A stretch of DNA of 64,000 nucleotides from an uncultured virus (IMG/VR IMGVR_UViG_3300031951_000030) (lineage: Duplodnaviria; Heunggongvirae; Uroviricota; Caudoviricetes): the IMG/VR virus record IMGVR_UViG_3300031951_000030. One strand, written 5' to 3'. The notes beneath the pieces were generated by a model. The model had not been told where the DNA came from and searched no databases. It worked only from the letters and a program-made list of their open reading frames with translations. Of the stretch, positions 46,258 to 56,914 are shown piece after piece. Position numbers and translations under genes: made by a program. The first letter of the stretch is position 1. Each line of letters starts with the position of its first letter.

Positions 46258-46908
46258 TTAAAATTCTCCAGCATCTGGACCCAATGAAGAAGATGCTTCT
46301 AAAGCTGCTAATCTATTAGCTACTGAACCACTAAATGCTAATACATCTCCAATTCCATAAAGTGAACCACTAAAACCATTTGTAGTTGTAAAAGTTCCTC
46401 TAACTTCCTCATTGTATCTAAATTCAACTGCGGTAGGAGTAGTTGCTACTTTATAAAGAGAGCCACTACCTTGTATAAATCCGATTGTTCCTGCAAATGG
46501 TTCCGAATTGAAATCGAAATCATCGGGTCTCATTGAAGCAGTGATACCCGTCAATCCACCACCAAAACCTACATAAGCAGATGCTGATACAATAGATGCG
46601 GATACTGCTCCTGCAATATCAATATCACCATTGCCAACAATATCTCTAGTTACAAATAAATCCTGTCCAATGTTTGCATCAAAATCAATACTAGCTTCAC
46701 CAAATGAACCAGTTCCAGTCAATGTTATTGAACCAGTGGTAATCGAATTGGTAGTAACTAATGTTTGAATTGATTGTGAAGAACCCGATTTATGTAAATA
46801 AACTTTACCATCATATACGTTTACACCTAACTCACCTACTAATAGAGAGCCAGTATCAGGAACTTTTCCTGCTATGAGCGACCGTTTTTGTAATATTTTT
46901 TGAGCCAT
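46258..46908 (-). CDS. Fibre / virion protein
   Basis: Paralog of 45369..46169 (GKVPDTGSL.VGE, FDFN..P); ends DAGEF. Confidence 0.7.
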   Translation of the reverse strand: MAQKILQKRSLIAGKVPDTGSLLVGELGVNVYDGKVYLHKSGSSQSIQTLVTTNSITTGSITLTGTGSFGEASIDFDANIGQDLFVTRDIVGNGDIDIAGAVSASIVSASAYVGFGGGLTGITASMRPDDFDFNSEPFAGTIGFIQGSGSLYKVATTPTAVEFRYNEEVRGTFTTTNGFSGSLYGIGDVLAFSGSVANRLAALEASSSLGPDAGEF

Positions 46909-46941
46909 TATGATTGATGTTTTTTGTTCATTTATAATTTT

Positions 46942-46970
46942 AAAAACCCCCCTCTTTGGAAGGGGGGTTT
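46942..46970 (-). terminator. Rho-independent terminator
   Basis: Minus strand AAACCCCCCT-TCCAAAG-AGGGGGGTTTTT. Confidence 0.85.
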
Positions 46971-46975
46971 AGTAT

Positions 46976-49591
46976 TTAGAATGAACCACCATCAATTGTG
47001 TTACTCATTACAAAATCAGTGCCATCCCATTGTAGTAAATCTCCAGCTACACTTGCGGTTGGAACTAAATCCAAATTACCATTTGTGTTTCGGAATGCCA
47101 CTCGTTTAGAACTTCCTGCTGCCGAACCCAAATTAAAGGATGCGGTAACCGCAGGTGCAATTAATGCTACCGATGAAGTAAATGATGTAGATGAATGTTG
47201 ATAAACAAAATTTGCATTTGCTCCAGCGATTTCTATACCAGCGCCATCTGCCGTTGCCGATGATGTTGAACCACTTGCTAATGTAATTAATTTATCTTCT
47301 ACTATTAATGTTGCAGTGTTTAATGTTACAGTATTACCTTGTACTACTAAATCACCACCTACTACTACATCACCTGTCGTTGTTACTTTTGCAAATGTTA
47401 CATTATTGCCAGTACCTACTCCTTGTATTGTTCCAGTTCCTTCTAATGTATCTAATCTACTATCTACTGAAGAACTGAATGTTGTTCCAAAAGATGAAGT
47501 AAATGAGTTGATATTCGTAATAGAAATATCTACACTAGCTGATTTCGAATTTAAGTTAGTGATAGAAACACTAGCAGCGGATGCCGATGAAATCAATGAA
47601 CCACTAACTACGCCGATTTCAGTCAATCTCGTATCAACGCTTGCAGTATAAGTTGCTAAAGTTGAATTTTGAGTTAATTGAGAACCACTAAATGTGTTTA
47701 AGTTTGTTATTGAAATATTAGCAGCGGATGCGGAACTAATTAATGAACCACTTACTGTTGCTAATGCAGTATTTTGAGTTAATTGAGAACCACTAAATGA
47801 ATTTAATGCGTCAATTGATACTTGCTGTGATGCAGAGGATGAGTTTAATGCAGTTACCGAAGTATTTACACTTGCACTAAATGTATTTAAGTTTGTTATA
47901 GAAACTCCTTGTGAATCATTTGTAGTTTTTGCTGCCGAAGCTGAAGCAATTAAACTTCCACTAACTACTCCTATTTCCGTTAATCTAGTTTCAACTGAAG
48001 CAGTGTAGGTTGCTAAAGTTGAATTTTGAGTTAATTGAGAAGATGTAAATGAGTTTAAGTTTGTTATGGAAACTCCAACACCAGAACCTACGTTTGCAAC
48101 TACTTCTGCGATTGATGCGGATACTGAACCACTAAATGAACTAAAGTTTGTAGTTTGAGTTACATCAATTTGAGATGAACCACTCACTACTCCGTTAGTT
48201 GCGTTTAATGTTCCAACACTCAATGAACCTGTTACGATTACATCACCTGCTACTGAAATACTTGTCGTACCATTCTGTGTGATAATGGAACTTCCAATGT
48301 GGTCTTCACCAAGCGCAACCATAATTTTACCAGCTGTCAATACGGTTTCATCACCCAATGAACCAGTATTGATTGGACCGTATATTAGTACTGCGGAATT
48401 GGCAACTTCTGTTGAACTTGAAGGTCTAACTGAAACCCAATGGTCTCTTAATGAATCCCAATAAAGTGAACCTGTAGCTTGAGTTGAACCAGAATCAATT
48501 ACATCGATACCTGCAAATCTAATTGCTGGGGTTGAGGTGTTCAATACGATTGTATTATCACCTAATTGTAATACACTCGCAGTTACATTTAGAAGTGATG
48601 ATGAACCATAAACAACTAAATCTTGTGTAATATATAATGAACCAGTAATTACTTGTGTTCCATTAAATACATTACCACTATCAGTTCTTGCATAAGAACC
48701 ACTATCTGCTTCAATTGCATCTAATCTTTGTTCGTGATTTGATGCAGTTGCGATTAATGAACCTGTGATGGTTGCTAATGCAGTATTTTGAGTTAATTGA
48801 GAACCACTAAATGAGTTTAAGTTTGTTATTGAAACACTAGCTGCACTTGCAGATGAAATCAATGAACCACTAACAACTCCGATTTCAGTAAATCTAGTTT
48901 GAGCGGATTCAGTAAATGAGTTTATGTTACTAACTGAAGTATTTAAACTTGCAGTTGTAGAATTCAAATTAGTTATTGAAACGTTTTGAGAATCATTTGT
49001 AGTTTTAGCTGCTGATGCGGATGCTATTAAACTTCCACTTACAACGCCAACTTCTGTTAATCGTGTTTCAACGGAACCTGTATAAGTTGCTAACGTACCA
49101 TCTTTTTCTAATTGAGAAGAACTGAATGAATTTAGTGCTCCTAAACTAACTAAAGTACTACCACTAAAAGTATTTAATGCCGCTACAGATGTACCAATTG
49201 CACCACTACCAATTGATGCACTTAATGCGTTGATTGATGATGCAACCGATGAACTAAAGTTACTAATGTTACCTGTTAAATCAGGAATATCATTGGCTCC
49301 TTCACCCAACAAATATAAGGTAGAACTACCACTTGCGTAGTAAGGAACTCCTTTTACTAATCCGTTGTAAGTACCAGCCGCAAATGTATTTGGTGCTGCG
49401 TTTCCTACGAGAAATCTATTTACCGCTTGTACCTGTCCATTTTCTGGAACTGCAAATACAATCGATGCACCATTCGTTACCGTAAGGTTAGATGAGCCTG
49501 AAGCAATTACTAATTCACCTTTCTGTAAGGATGATGTTACTGCGGATAGGGCTTCTAAACTACCGCGTCTGTGTTTAATGATTTGTGCCAT
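46976..49591 (-). CDS. Fibre / virion protein with internal repeats
   Basis: MAQIIKHRRG; repeated SQLTQN and RLTEIGVVSGSLI units; ends IDGGSF. Confidence 0.75.
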   Translation of the reverse strand: MAQIIKHRRGSLEALSAVTSSLQKGELVIASGSSNLTVTNGASIVFAVPENGQVQAVNRFLVGNAAPNTFAAGTYNGLVKGVPYYASGSSTLYLLGEGANDIPDLTGNISNFSSSVASSINALSASIGSGAIGTSVAALNTFSGSTLVSLGALNSFSSSQLEKDGTLATYTGSVETRLTEVGVVSGSLIASASAAKTTNDSQNVSITNLNSTTASLNTSVSNINSFTESAQTRFTEIGVVSGSLISSASAASVSITNLNSFSGSQLTQNTALATITGSLIATASNHEQRLDAIEADSGSYARTDSGNVFNGTQVITGSLYITQDLVVYGSSSLLNVTASVLQLGDNTIVLNTSTPAIRFAGIDVIDSGSTQATGSLYWDSLRDHWVSVRPSSSTEVANSAVLIYGPINTGSLGDETVLTAGKIMVALGEDHIGSSIITQNGTTSISVAGDVIVTGSLSVGTLNATNGVVSGSSQIDVTQTTNFSSFSGSVSASIAEVVANVGSGVGVSITNLNSFTSSQLTQNSTLATYTASVETRLTEIGVVSGSLIASASAAKTTNDSQGVSITNLNTFSASVNTSVTALNSSSASQQVSIDALNSFSGSQLTQNTALATVSGSLISSASAANISITNLNTFSGSQLTQNSTLATYTASVDTRLTEIGVVSGSLISSASAASVSITNLNSKSASVDISITNINSFTSSFGTTFSSSVDSRLDTLEGTGTIQGVGTGNNVTFAKVTTTGDVVVGGDLVVQGNTVTLNTATLIVEDKLITLASGSTSSATADGAGIEIAGANANFVYQHSSTSFTSSVALIAPAVTASFNLGSAAGSSKRVAFRNTNGNLDLVPTASVAGDLLQWDGTDFVMSNTIDGGSF

Positions 49592-49693
49592 ATTGTGTTG
49601 GTTAATCCCTTTTTGATTTAATTACGATTATACTTTAATAAATATGTTTTTTTTTACGAACCGAATGTTTCGCATGTTACATTTATATTTTTT

Positions 49694-50113
49694 TTACCAT
49701 TCACCCATGTCGATGTTAATGTTTGATTGGGATAAGGTAAGTTCTGCATCTGTTGCAAATGTATTATCCAACGATGCGGTGAATTGGTTAATAGATGCGG
49801 AATGTTGGTTCAATGGATTTAATATATCAATTACTTGTGATGAACCAGAAACTAATGTTGGTCTATTTAGTATATTTTCATATTCTATTGATGATGCCTG
49901 TGTTCCACCAACTACTCTAGAACCTGTGAGACTTCCCGTAGTATCTGATAATACAACTTGTGCCGATGAAGATATAACTCCTTCGGGTAATACTGCACCA
50001 ACTTCCGATGTAATAACATTAATTACAGATTGCGAAAAATCGTTACCAACTTGTGCCGCCGTATTTAATGCCGAACCACTTTCTATTTGTTTTAATCTTA
50101 TAAAGTTTGCCAT
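49694..50113 (-). CDS. Small virion protein
   Basis: IRLKQI N-terminus, SGSSQ motif, ends IDMGEW. Confidence 0.65.
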   Translation of the reverse strand: MANFIRLKQIESGSALNTAAQVGNDFSQSVINVITSEVGAVLPEGVISSSAQVVLSDTTGSLTGSRVVGGTQASSIEYENILNRPTLVSGSSQVIDILNPLNQHSASINQFTASLDNTFATDAELTLSQSNINIDMGEW

Positions 50114-50162
50114 ATCCTATAAATATCTTTCTTTATTATAATCCGTTTATTCAATTTTTTTA

Positions 50163-51557
50163 TTATGCAAATCTAGGAGATAAGAAATTATATTGTTGTT
50201 GTATTTCGTTCAATGATAATTTTCTATTATATAAATACAAATTAGCCAAATATCCCCAAGGTTGACTAACTACATCATTATTACCCCAACCCCAATGAAT
50301 ATTTCCACCTACACCTTGTGCAATTGAATTTCCCACTTGTGAACCATTTATATAAAATGTTTGGGATGAATTATCACCAACTACTGCAAATTGAGTCCAA
50401 ACTTCTTGAAATGCCGATGCATCGTATCCTGAACTTCTGAATGCAGTATCCCAATAACCCAATATACTTCCACCATTTGAAATAGTAATCGGTGTATATC
50501 TTGGTGAACTTGTATAAAGTAATGTTCTAAATCCAGAATTATTATTTATCAATCTTGTCCAAGTAATGTATGTGTATCCCGTTGTTGGTAGGGTTGGACC
50601 TGTTCCGTTTACTGCAACTCTATTATTTCCGGTTGTGCAATCAAAACATTTTACACCATTTAATGTAGTAAATGTTGCACCTATCATTGTATGATTATAC
50701 GAATTAGTTAAATCATAAACAGTTGTTCCACTACCAGGATAACTTGTTGAATTATTTGCATCTAATTGAATTAACAATCCATCGGTGGTTAAATTAGGAA
50801 GTGTTGATACGGTAGAATTATAATTAGATAATATCTGTGCATCGGTTAGAGCAGAATTATATACTCTCATTATACCAAATCTACCATCGAAATTAGTTCC
50901 ATCACCTTGACTTGTAGAATCTGCAAAACCAAAATTCATATAAAATGCCATAGAACTATTCATTGGTGAATCCCATGCTACATTTACCGAACCTTTATAT
51001 ACACCATCGATATATCCTTTACATACCGAACCATTATAAGTTAAAACTATTTGATGCCATTGATTAAATGAAACTGCACCTATGTTGCCACTTGATGTTA
51101 CTATACCACCATTCCAAAATCCAACTTCTAAATTACCACCAACTATTTCTATTGCGGAATGGTGATATGATGTGTTTGGACTTGTACTATTATTGTACTG
51201 AACTAATACTCCATTATTGGTTGGATATACCCATAATTCTACTGAATGGGTTTCATTAGCCGATGTTATTAGTGAACTTAAATTTGGTGTTGTTATATAA
51301 TCATCAACAAAGGTAAAATAATTACCAGTCCAAGTTGGAGAACCTGTAATTGTTCCATTTCTACTATTACCACTTATATCAATAATAGTTACCCCACTAC
51401 CATTATATGATGCCGTATTAAATGTGTTATAATGTAAAAGTAAATTTTGAGTAACTACTGCAGATGTAGTTGGCCATATTTGATTATTATTCAAAAATGC
51501 TTTTGTTGCACTTACTCCGTTAAATTTTATATCGGTTGCATTTCCAAATACTGGCAT
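50163..51557 (-). CDS. Protein with two LamG/ConA-like domains (putative adhesin)
   Basis: Two SYxGSGxTxxD...YI(D/N)G...YNxxL units. Confidence 0.8.
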   Translation of the reverse strand: MPVFGNATDIKFNGVSATKAFLNNNQIWPTTSAVVTQNLLLHYNTFNTASYNGSGVTIIDISGNSRNGTITGSPTWTGNYFTFVDDYITTPNLSSLITSANETHSVELWVYPTNNGVLVQYNNSTSPNTSYHHSAIEIVGGNLEVGFWNGGIVTSSGNIGAVSFNQWHQIVLTYNGSVCKGYIDGVYKGSVNVAWDSPMNSSMAFYMNFGFADSTSQGDGTNFDGRFGIMRVYNSALTDAQILSNYNSTVSTLPNLTTDGLLIQLDANNSTSYPGSGTTVYDLTNSYNHTMIGATFTTLNGVKCFDCTTGNNRVAVNGTGPTLPTTGYTYITWTRLINNNSGFRTLLYTSSPRYTPITISNGGSILGYWDTAFRSSGYDASAFQEVWTQFAVVGDNSSQTFYINGSQVGNSIAQGVGGNIHWGWGNNDVVSQPWGYLANLYLYNRKLSLNEIQQQYNFLSPRFA

Positions 51558-51560
51558 AAC

Positions 51561-52436
51561 TTATCCTATTATAATGTAAAGAGTTCCACTTACGGGTGTC
51601 AATGCTGCGTATGAAGCCGATGTTATGGTTTGTATTGATGCTACATTTGATGAACTAACAAAACTAGCACTCAATGCATATCTTGTATCAAATGAAGATG
51701 TTAATTGTGATGAACCACTAATTACACTATCTCCACCAATTGTTAAATATCTTGCATCGTATGATGAAGTTAATTGAGATGAAGAACTTATTGCTCCACT
51801 TAAACTTGTCAAAAATGAACCCGTTTCACTTTCAGTAATCCAACTACCACTTACACTCTCAATTGCATTTAATCTATTTACTAAACTACCAGTCGAAATA
51901 CTTGCAGTATATTCATTAAAAGAAGATGTAGTTACTAAATGTGTTAAACTTTGTTCGTTTGTTGCTGCAATAATTCTATTATCTACCGATGCACTAAATG
52001 TATCAAATGAACTGGTTTGTAATCTAGCATTTATTCCGTTTGTAAATGCAGTATTTAGTGTAGATTGTGAAGATGTAAATGAATTCAATGAACTTATATC
52101 TACTGATTCGGATATAAACCCAAATGATGTTATTTGTGCAGATGAAGATATAGTTCCCGTTGGTATCGTTACCGATGAACTAATAAATCCAAATGCGGTT
52201 ATTTGTGCAGATGAACTTATAACACTTCTACCTTTTGATTCAAACGAAGATGTTACAGATTCTAACGATGTTAATCTATCTCTATCTAATATATTTACTC
52301 TCGATGTAACTGCGTCTGCAAGAACATCCAATTCTATTCTATAAGTTGTACCACCATCTACACCAACAATTGTTGTATCTAATGATGCGGATGGTAGTGG
52401 AGTTAATTCTAGTATTCTTTTTCTTACGTTTGCCAT
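51561..52436 (-). CDS. Ser-rich virion protein
   Basis: Repeats ISSSAQIT.FGFIS and SSQLTSS(Y/F)D.RY; ends GTLYII. Confidence 0.65.
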   Translation of the reverse strand: MANVRKRILELTPLPSASLDTTIVGVDGGTTYRIELDVLADAVTSRVNILDRDRLTSLESVTSSFESKGRSVISSSAQITAFGFISSSVTIPTGTISSSAQITSFGFISESVDISSLNSFTSSQSTLNTAFTNGINARLQTSSFDTFSASVDNRIIAATNEQSLTHLVTTSSFNEYTASISTGSLVNRLNAIESVSGSWITESETGSFLTSLSGAISSSSQLTSSYDARYLTIGGDSVISGSSQLTSSFDTRYALSASFVSSSNVASIQTITSASYAALTPVSGTLYIIIG

Positions 52437-52439
52437 TTA

Positions 52440-52994
52440 TTATATTATTATATCTAAACCATCTTCGGTTGTTATGATAAAATTATCTTCAGTTGCAATT
52501 GGAATATCTACCAATTTACCTATAACATATATATCGTTTATTGTTATGGAATCATAATCTATATAATTATCTAATAATGTGATTACCACATTGTTTCCAA
52601 CTTCTTTAACAGTGTAATGTCCTGGTAAATGTAATCCATAAACTAATATCTCAAAATTTTCAGGAGATGCTCCTTCAGTTCCATAATCCAATGCTACATT
52701 ATAAATCGTAAGAGTTCCAAAACCAGTATTATCAAAAGCATCTATTAGTCTTGATACCACCCTTCCACTAAATTGTAAAATTTCATTATGAAATTCTGAT
52801 ATTTTTGTTTTATTATTTACTAATTTAGTTGGGTTTGGATTGGATTTAGAATTTGAATTAAATTTATTTGTAGTCGGTGATTCTATATTCAACAAGCTAC
52901 CTGTGATGTATAACTCATCATTTAAATTATTAGGATTTATTTTTGGTATAATCCTATTTAATTTTTTCGCATTTGAATTAAATCTATTAAGCAT
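52440..52994 (-). CDS. Hypothetical virion protein
   Basis: In the neck operon; ends IATEDNFIITTEDG. Confidence 0.6.
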   Translation of the reverse strand: MLNRFNSNAKKLNRIIPKINPNNLNDELYITGSLLNIESPTTNKFNSNSKSNPNPTKLVNNKTKISEFHNEILQFSGRVVSRLIDAFDNTGFGTLTIYNVALDYGTEGASPENFEILVYGLHLPGHYTVKEVGNNVVITLLDNYIDYDSITINDIYVIGKLVDIPIATEDNFIITTEDGLDIII

Positions 52995-53316
52995 ATTGTT
53001 CTATATCACCTGTTACTTCAATATAATCATCGTCATCCAACTCAAATTCAAAATTATTTTTTATAAATTTGATTAGTATCCCTTCACTTCCTTGCTCTAC
53101 TATATAATCGTTTGCAGAAATATATTGAGTGTTAATTATTACTCTCAATCTATCCTGCATTGCTCTGTATTCTATTTCTCTTAATAACTCAACAAATCTC
53201 CAACCTTTTGCTTCCCATATCGAATATGTAGGATGATTTAAATCCTTTGGAGTCAATTCAGGATCACCTAATTTTCTACTAATTTTTTGAGTTATATCTA
53301 AAAGGCTTCTCTTCAT
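52987..53316 (-). CDS. Hypothetical virion protein
   Basis: Coupled ORF; C-terminus resembles that of the upstream gene (FELDDDDYIEVTG vs FEVDSGDEISITG). Confidence 0.6.
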   Translation of the reverse strand: MKRSLLDITQKISRKLGDPELTPKDLNHPTYSIWEAKGWRFVELLREIEYRAMQDRLRVIINTQYISANDYIVEQGSEGILIKFIKNNFEFELDDDDYIEVTGDIEQYA

Positions 53317-54431
53317 TACACATTTATAAATTTACCTGTTATGGAAATTTCATCACCGCTATCAACTTCAAATCCTAAATTTGCTTGAATAAAATTAATA
53401 ATTAAAGATGATGATGTTATACTGATAGAAAAGTGTGTATTATGATAATATCTTGTACCATTTATATAAACTTTAATATCGTATGTATTATCACCAACGG
53501 TTATACCACCAGTAACTACGGATGTTAAAGCAGCTGGAGTTTTTATTAGTTTTATTCCAGCAAATGTAATCGTATTAGATGCTATTGGATTTTGTATTTT
53601 ACTATTATTTAAAGAAAGAAAATCAATCAAATCTTTATTATCATAATATGGTGATGGTGTAGTTAATATACCTTCCAATCTACCAGTCCCACTTGTTACA
53701 TCCGTTTCAGTTGATACCACCACTCTTTTCGTAGAAAATGATTTTTTAGTAGTATCTTCTCCATCAAATTTTTCAGGAAGTAAATGAGCTTTAACTGATA
53801 AACTAAATTCAATTCTGTTAACTCTTTCAGTACCATCCCCAACTTCGTTTATTACATTAAAATCTCCTAAACTAGTTCTAAATTGAAACCCATTTTTATC
53901 TCCCCAATATGTACCTGTGTATTGTAATTGTTCTATTACAGAATTTAAATGCTCTATATAAGAAGTCCAAACCATACAATCGTAGTTTAGTTCTACATAT
54001 TCTGGCATTTGAATTTTATATATTTCATACTTTGGTTGAGAATTATTTCCCAATAATGTAAATCTATCATATCTATTATCTTTTGAGTATTTTGTGATAC
54101 CCTGATATGTTACATGCCGATTTTGCATTGGCATAGCATCATCTTTTGCAATAGATGTTCTACGAATCATCATAATCGGTAATTGAAGTTTACCGTTTGC
54201 ATCTCTGAAAACTCCCTGTCTCCTTGCTCCATTCCATCGTTCGGAATTACCATATATGACAGGTATTTTTAAAGCTTTACCATTATCATCTAATGTAGGT
54301 AATGCAGTATCCTCCAAATAAGACATCATAGCATAATCAATATCAAATAAAGATATCGATTGTCTTAATTCTCCTTTTTCCTTTTTAGTTTGAAGAATTC
54401 TCTCCTGTTTTCTTAATGGGTTTGTAGACAT
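53316..54431 (-). CDS. Putative tail terminator / sheath stabiliser (T4 gp15-like)
   Basis: IPVIYG..ERW, LPIMMIRR, PEYVELNY; follows the neck genes. Confidence 0.6.
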   Translation of the reverse strand: MSTNPLRKQERILQTKKEKGELRQSISLFDIDYAMMSYLEDTALPTLDDNGKALKIPVIYGNSERWNGARRQGVFRDANGKLQLPIMMIRRTSIAKDDAMPMQNRHVTYQGITKYSKDNRYDRFTLLGNNSQPKYEIYKIQMPEYVELNYDCMVWTSYIEHLNSVIEQLQYTGTYWGDKNGFQFRTSLGDFNVINEVGDGTERVNRIEFSLSVKAHLLPEKFDGEDTTKKSFSTKRVVVSTETDVTSGTGRLEGILTTPSPYYDNKDLIDFLSLNNSKIQNPIASNTITFAGIKLIKTPAALTSVVTGGITVGDNTYDIKVYINGTRYYHNTHFSISITSSSLIINFIQANLGFEVDSGDEISITGKFINV

Positions 54432-54435
54432 ATTT

Positions 54436-54891
54436 TTATGTTATTCTCTTTTCAATATTAAGATTAGATTTGCTTACTAAAAATGCAAAACATACTATAC
54501 TATAAGTATTATTAGGTAAGCCACCAATAAATTGTACTTCATTCATATTACCTATTTCATAATACTGATTATCAAAATAAACAACATCACCTATTTCAGG
54601 ATGTATATTTCGTTCTTCTAACAATCCTCTATCGAATTTAAATACAACATCTTGGTTTGTATCAGGTCCAAATCCTTCATATAGAGCCGATTCGGGTTCT
54701 TTATCAATTAATGCGTATAGTTCTACGCCAGTATGCCAGGTTTTATTTAATGCTTCACCATAGATATTTACCTTCGTTTCGTTCAAATTTATTTTGTATA
54801 AAACGACAGTATTTTCTATGACAGTATCAACCAATTCTCTGGCTATACTTTTGAAAAAATCAATATCTCTACCTAATAAAAACTTTGGCAT
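54436..54891 (-). CDS. Neck / head-closure protein (T4 gp14-like)
   Basis: NIYGEA, PEIGDVVYF..YYEI. Confidence 0.65.
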   Translation of the reverse strand: MPKFLLGRDIDFFKSIARELVDTVIENTVVLYKINLNETKVNIYGEALNKTWHTGVELYALIDKEPESALYEGFGPDTNQDVVFKFDRGLLEERNIHPEIGDVVYFDNQYYEIGNMNEVQFIGGLPNNTYSIVCFAFLVSKSNLNIEKRIT

Positions 54892-54892
54892 A

Positions 54893-56101
54893 TTATCCTA
54901 CATATATTTTAAGTGGAACTTTTCTCAACATTTCTTGCTGATGAGTTGATTCATGTGCTTTATTTTCCATCACATTTTTTCTACTCAATTCTTCCAAATT
55001 TTCTCTTAATTGATTTATCAACATATCCTTCTCCACTTGTGCTTCAGCTCTTAATGCAGCACCATCCAATGATACTTCACCATCAGGTATCGGAACATTT
55101 GAGTATTTCTCTCTAATTGCTCCTAATAATTCTTTTGAAAGTGCCAATGTGTATTTTCTAATCCATTGTTTACCAACATCATTTATATTTGAGTATTGAA
55201 TAAAATCATATGGAACATCGGAATAATCGGAAAGAGAATCTGCTTGAACGGTTTGTGAATCATGTTCAAACTCATCTCTACTCATATATTCAAAATATAT
55301 TCTACTAACCGTTCCTTCGGTTGGTATTGGGAATATTTCTAATTTATTATCTACAATGTTAAAGGTATGTGCGGATTTACGAATGTGGTCATTAAACTCA
55401 ATTTGTTGCATTCTCAATACATCCTCATATATTGGCATCATTAAGAATTGTGCAGCAGGTGAGAAATTACCAAACCCTAATTCACTAATTAAGTTTAGAG
55501 TACCTTGTGCACCAACTGAATATGGGTCAAAGAAACGTGCAATAGCAGGGGTTGCTTCGTGATACATTCTAGTTACATCAATTGTAGAGCTTCCTGAAAA
55601 TAATGTTGTAAATGATGCCGATGTTTCCACATCAATAGATGCACTCATTATATTGTATTTCTGTTGTCCAGGAGTTAAATTGATATATGCTTTCTTAATA
55701 GATGTATGCCCCCCAACTCCTGCCAATGTACCATATTGTTGGGACATACGAACTGCAGTTGGAAGAAACGAACCTTCGACAAGTGTTTGTGAATAGTTTG
55801 CAACTTTACCTTTCGGTTGTCCTTTTAGAATATCAAGGTTATTACGAAGATTGAATTGATTTATTTGTGCAGAATACTCTGAAGTTGCTTCTTCAAAACA
55901 CGCCCAAATTTGTTGGTTATCCAATTCTATGTTTATAACTGGATACCCCAATCGTTTTGCAACCCATACGGCTGTTTTAGGTGCATCAGTTCTAAATTCT
56001 GAATCTGAATCATATAATCCAAACGGAGTTGCTTCTGCCGATGCCGATGCCGATAAAAATGCTGCTGCCGTTGAACCCGACCAATATGTGTTTATAGACA
56101 T
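54893..56101 (-). CDS. Neck protein (T4 gp13-like)
   Basis: RLGYPVINIEL, WIRKYTLAL.KE.LG.IREKY, VSLDG. Confidence 0.8.
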   Translation of the reverse strand: MSINTYWSGSTAAAFLSASASAEATPFGLYDSDSEFRTDAPKTAVWVAKRLGYPVINIELDNQQIWACFEEATSEYSAQINQFNLRNNLDILKGQPKGKVANYSQTLVEGSFLPTAVRMSQQYGTLAGVGGHTSIKKAYINLTPGQQKYNIMSASIDVETSASFTTLFSGSSTIDVTRMYHEATPAIARFFDPYSVGAQGTLNLISELGFGNFSPAAQFLMMPIYEDVLRMQQIEFNDHIRKSAHTFNIVDNKLEIFPIPTEGTVSRIYFEYMSRDEFEHDSQTVQADSLSDYSDVPYDFIQYSNINDVGKQWIRKYTLALSKELLGAIREKYSNVPIPDGEVSLDGAALRAEAQVEKDMLINQLRENLEELSRKNVMENKAHESTHQQEMLRKVPLKIYVG

Positions 56102-56153
56102 AATTCTTAATTATAGTTTTACGACTATAAATATAAGAATAAAAAAAGAAGTG

Positions 56154-56837
56154 TTATGCTATTTGTGTAATTGTTGCAATAACGGATGGTGTACCTGGAA
56201 TTGATGGTGTTCCTGCATCCGTATGTAAGATTCCACCATTATCATTACATGTCCATTTTATCTCCAAATAATCATTATCATTTAAATCTGATAGGAAATT
56301 CCAAGCAGCAGGTACTTTACCCAATTGTGCCGATTGTGCTTTTGCAACATCAACGTGTGTGTTTGAATTTGGTATTGAATTACCATTTTTTGCAAACCAA
56401 ATGTTGAATACTATATTAGTATTTACAGTATTTTCTAATTGTGCACTAAATTGTAAATTATAAACACCTGCATTTTCAACTTTGATTTGTGAACCACTTA
56501 CAATTGAAACACCCTCACTTAAATCGGTTGTGTTTAATTTCATTGATTGAATTGAACCAGATGAACCACTTTGAGAAGTCATATCATAAAACTGACCATA
56601 GTTATATTGTTTGTGGCCATTATAATATAATGAACCACTAATTTGTAAACTACCTGTAATTGTTTGTGTTCCTATTAAGTCATTGGAGCCAGTTGTTGCC
56701 AATTGTCCTGCGGAAATATACCCCAAATATCCGTCTTCTTGCTTTACTACAAATTCATCGGATTGTTCTAATGTATATACTTTTGTATATTCTTTTGCGG
56801 TTTCTTGTCTATGATATTGTTTTTCTGGATACCCCAT
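56154..56837 (-). CDS. Putative head fibre / decoration protein with a C1q/BclA-like C-terminus
   Basis: Start reassigned to MGYPEK at 56837; AGVYNLQFSAQL, LNDNDYLEI. Confidence 0.6.
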   Translation of the reverse strand: MGYPEKQYHRQETAKEYTKVYTLEQSDEFVVKQEDGYLGYISAGQLATTGSNDLIGTQTITGSLQISGSLYYNGHKQYNYGQFYDMTSQSGSSGSIQSMKLNTTDLSEGVSIVSGSQIKVENAGVYNLQFSAQLENTVNTNIVFNIWFAKNGNSIPNSNTHVDVAKAQSAQLGKVPAAWNFLSDLNDNDYLEIKWTCNDNGGILHTDAGTPSIPGTPSVIATITQIA

Positions 56838-56860
56838 TATATGATGTTTTATATAAATAT

Positions 56861-56896
56861 AAAAAAAAAGAGATAACATTTCTATTATCTCTTTTT
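56861..56896 (-). terminator. Rho-independent terminator
   Basis: Minus strand AAAAAGAGATAATA-GAAA-TGTTATCTCTTTTTTTTT. Confidence 0.8.
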
Positions 56897-56914
56897 AATA
56901 AATTTAATTATACT

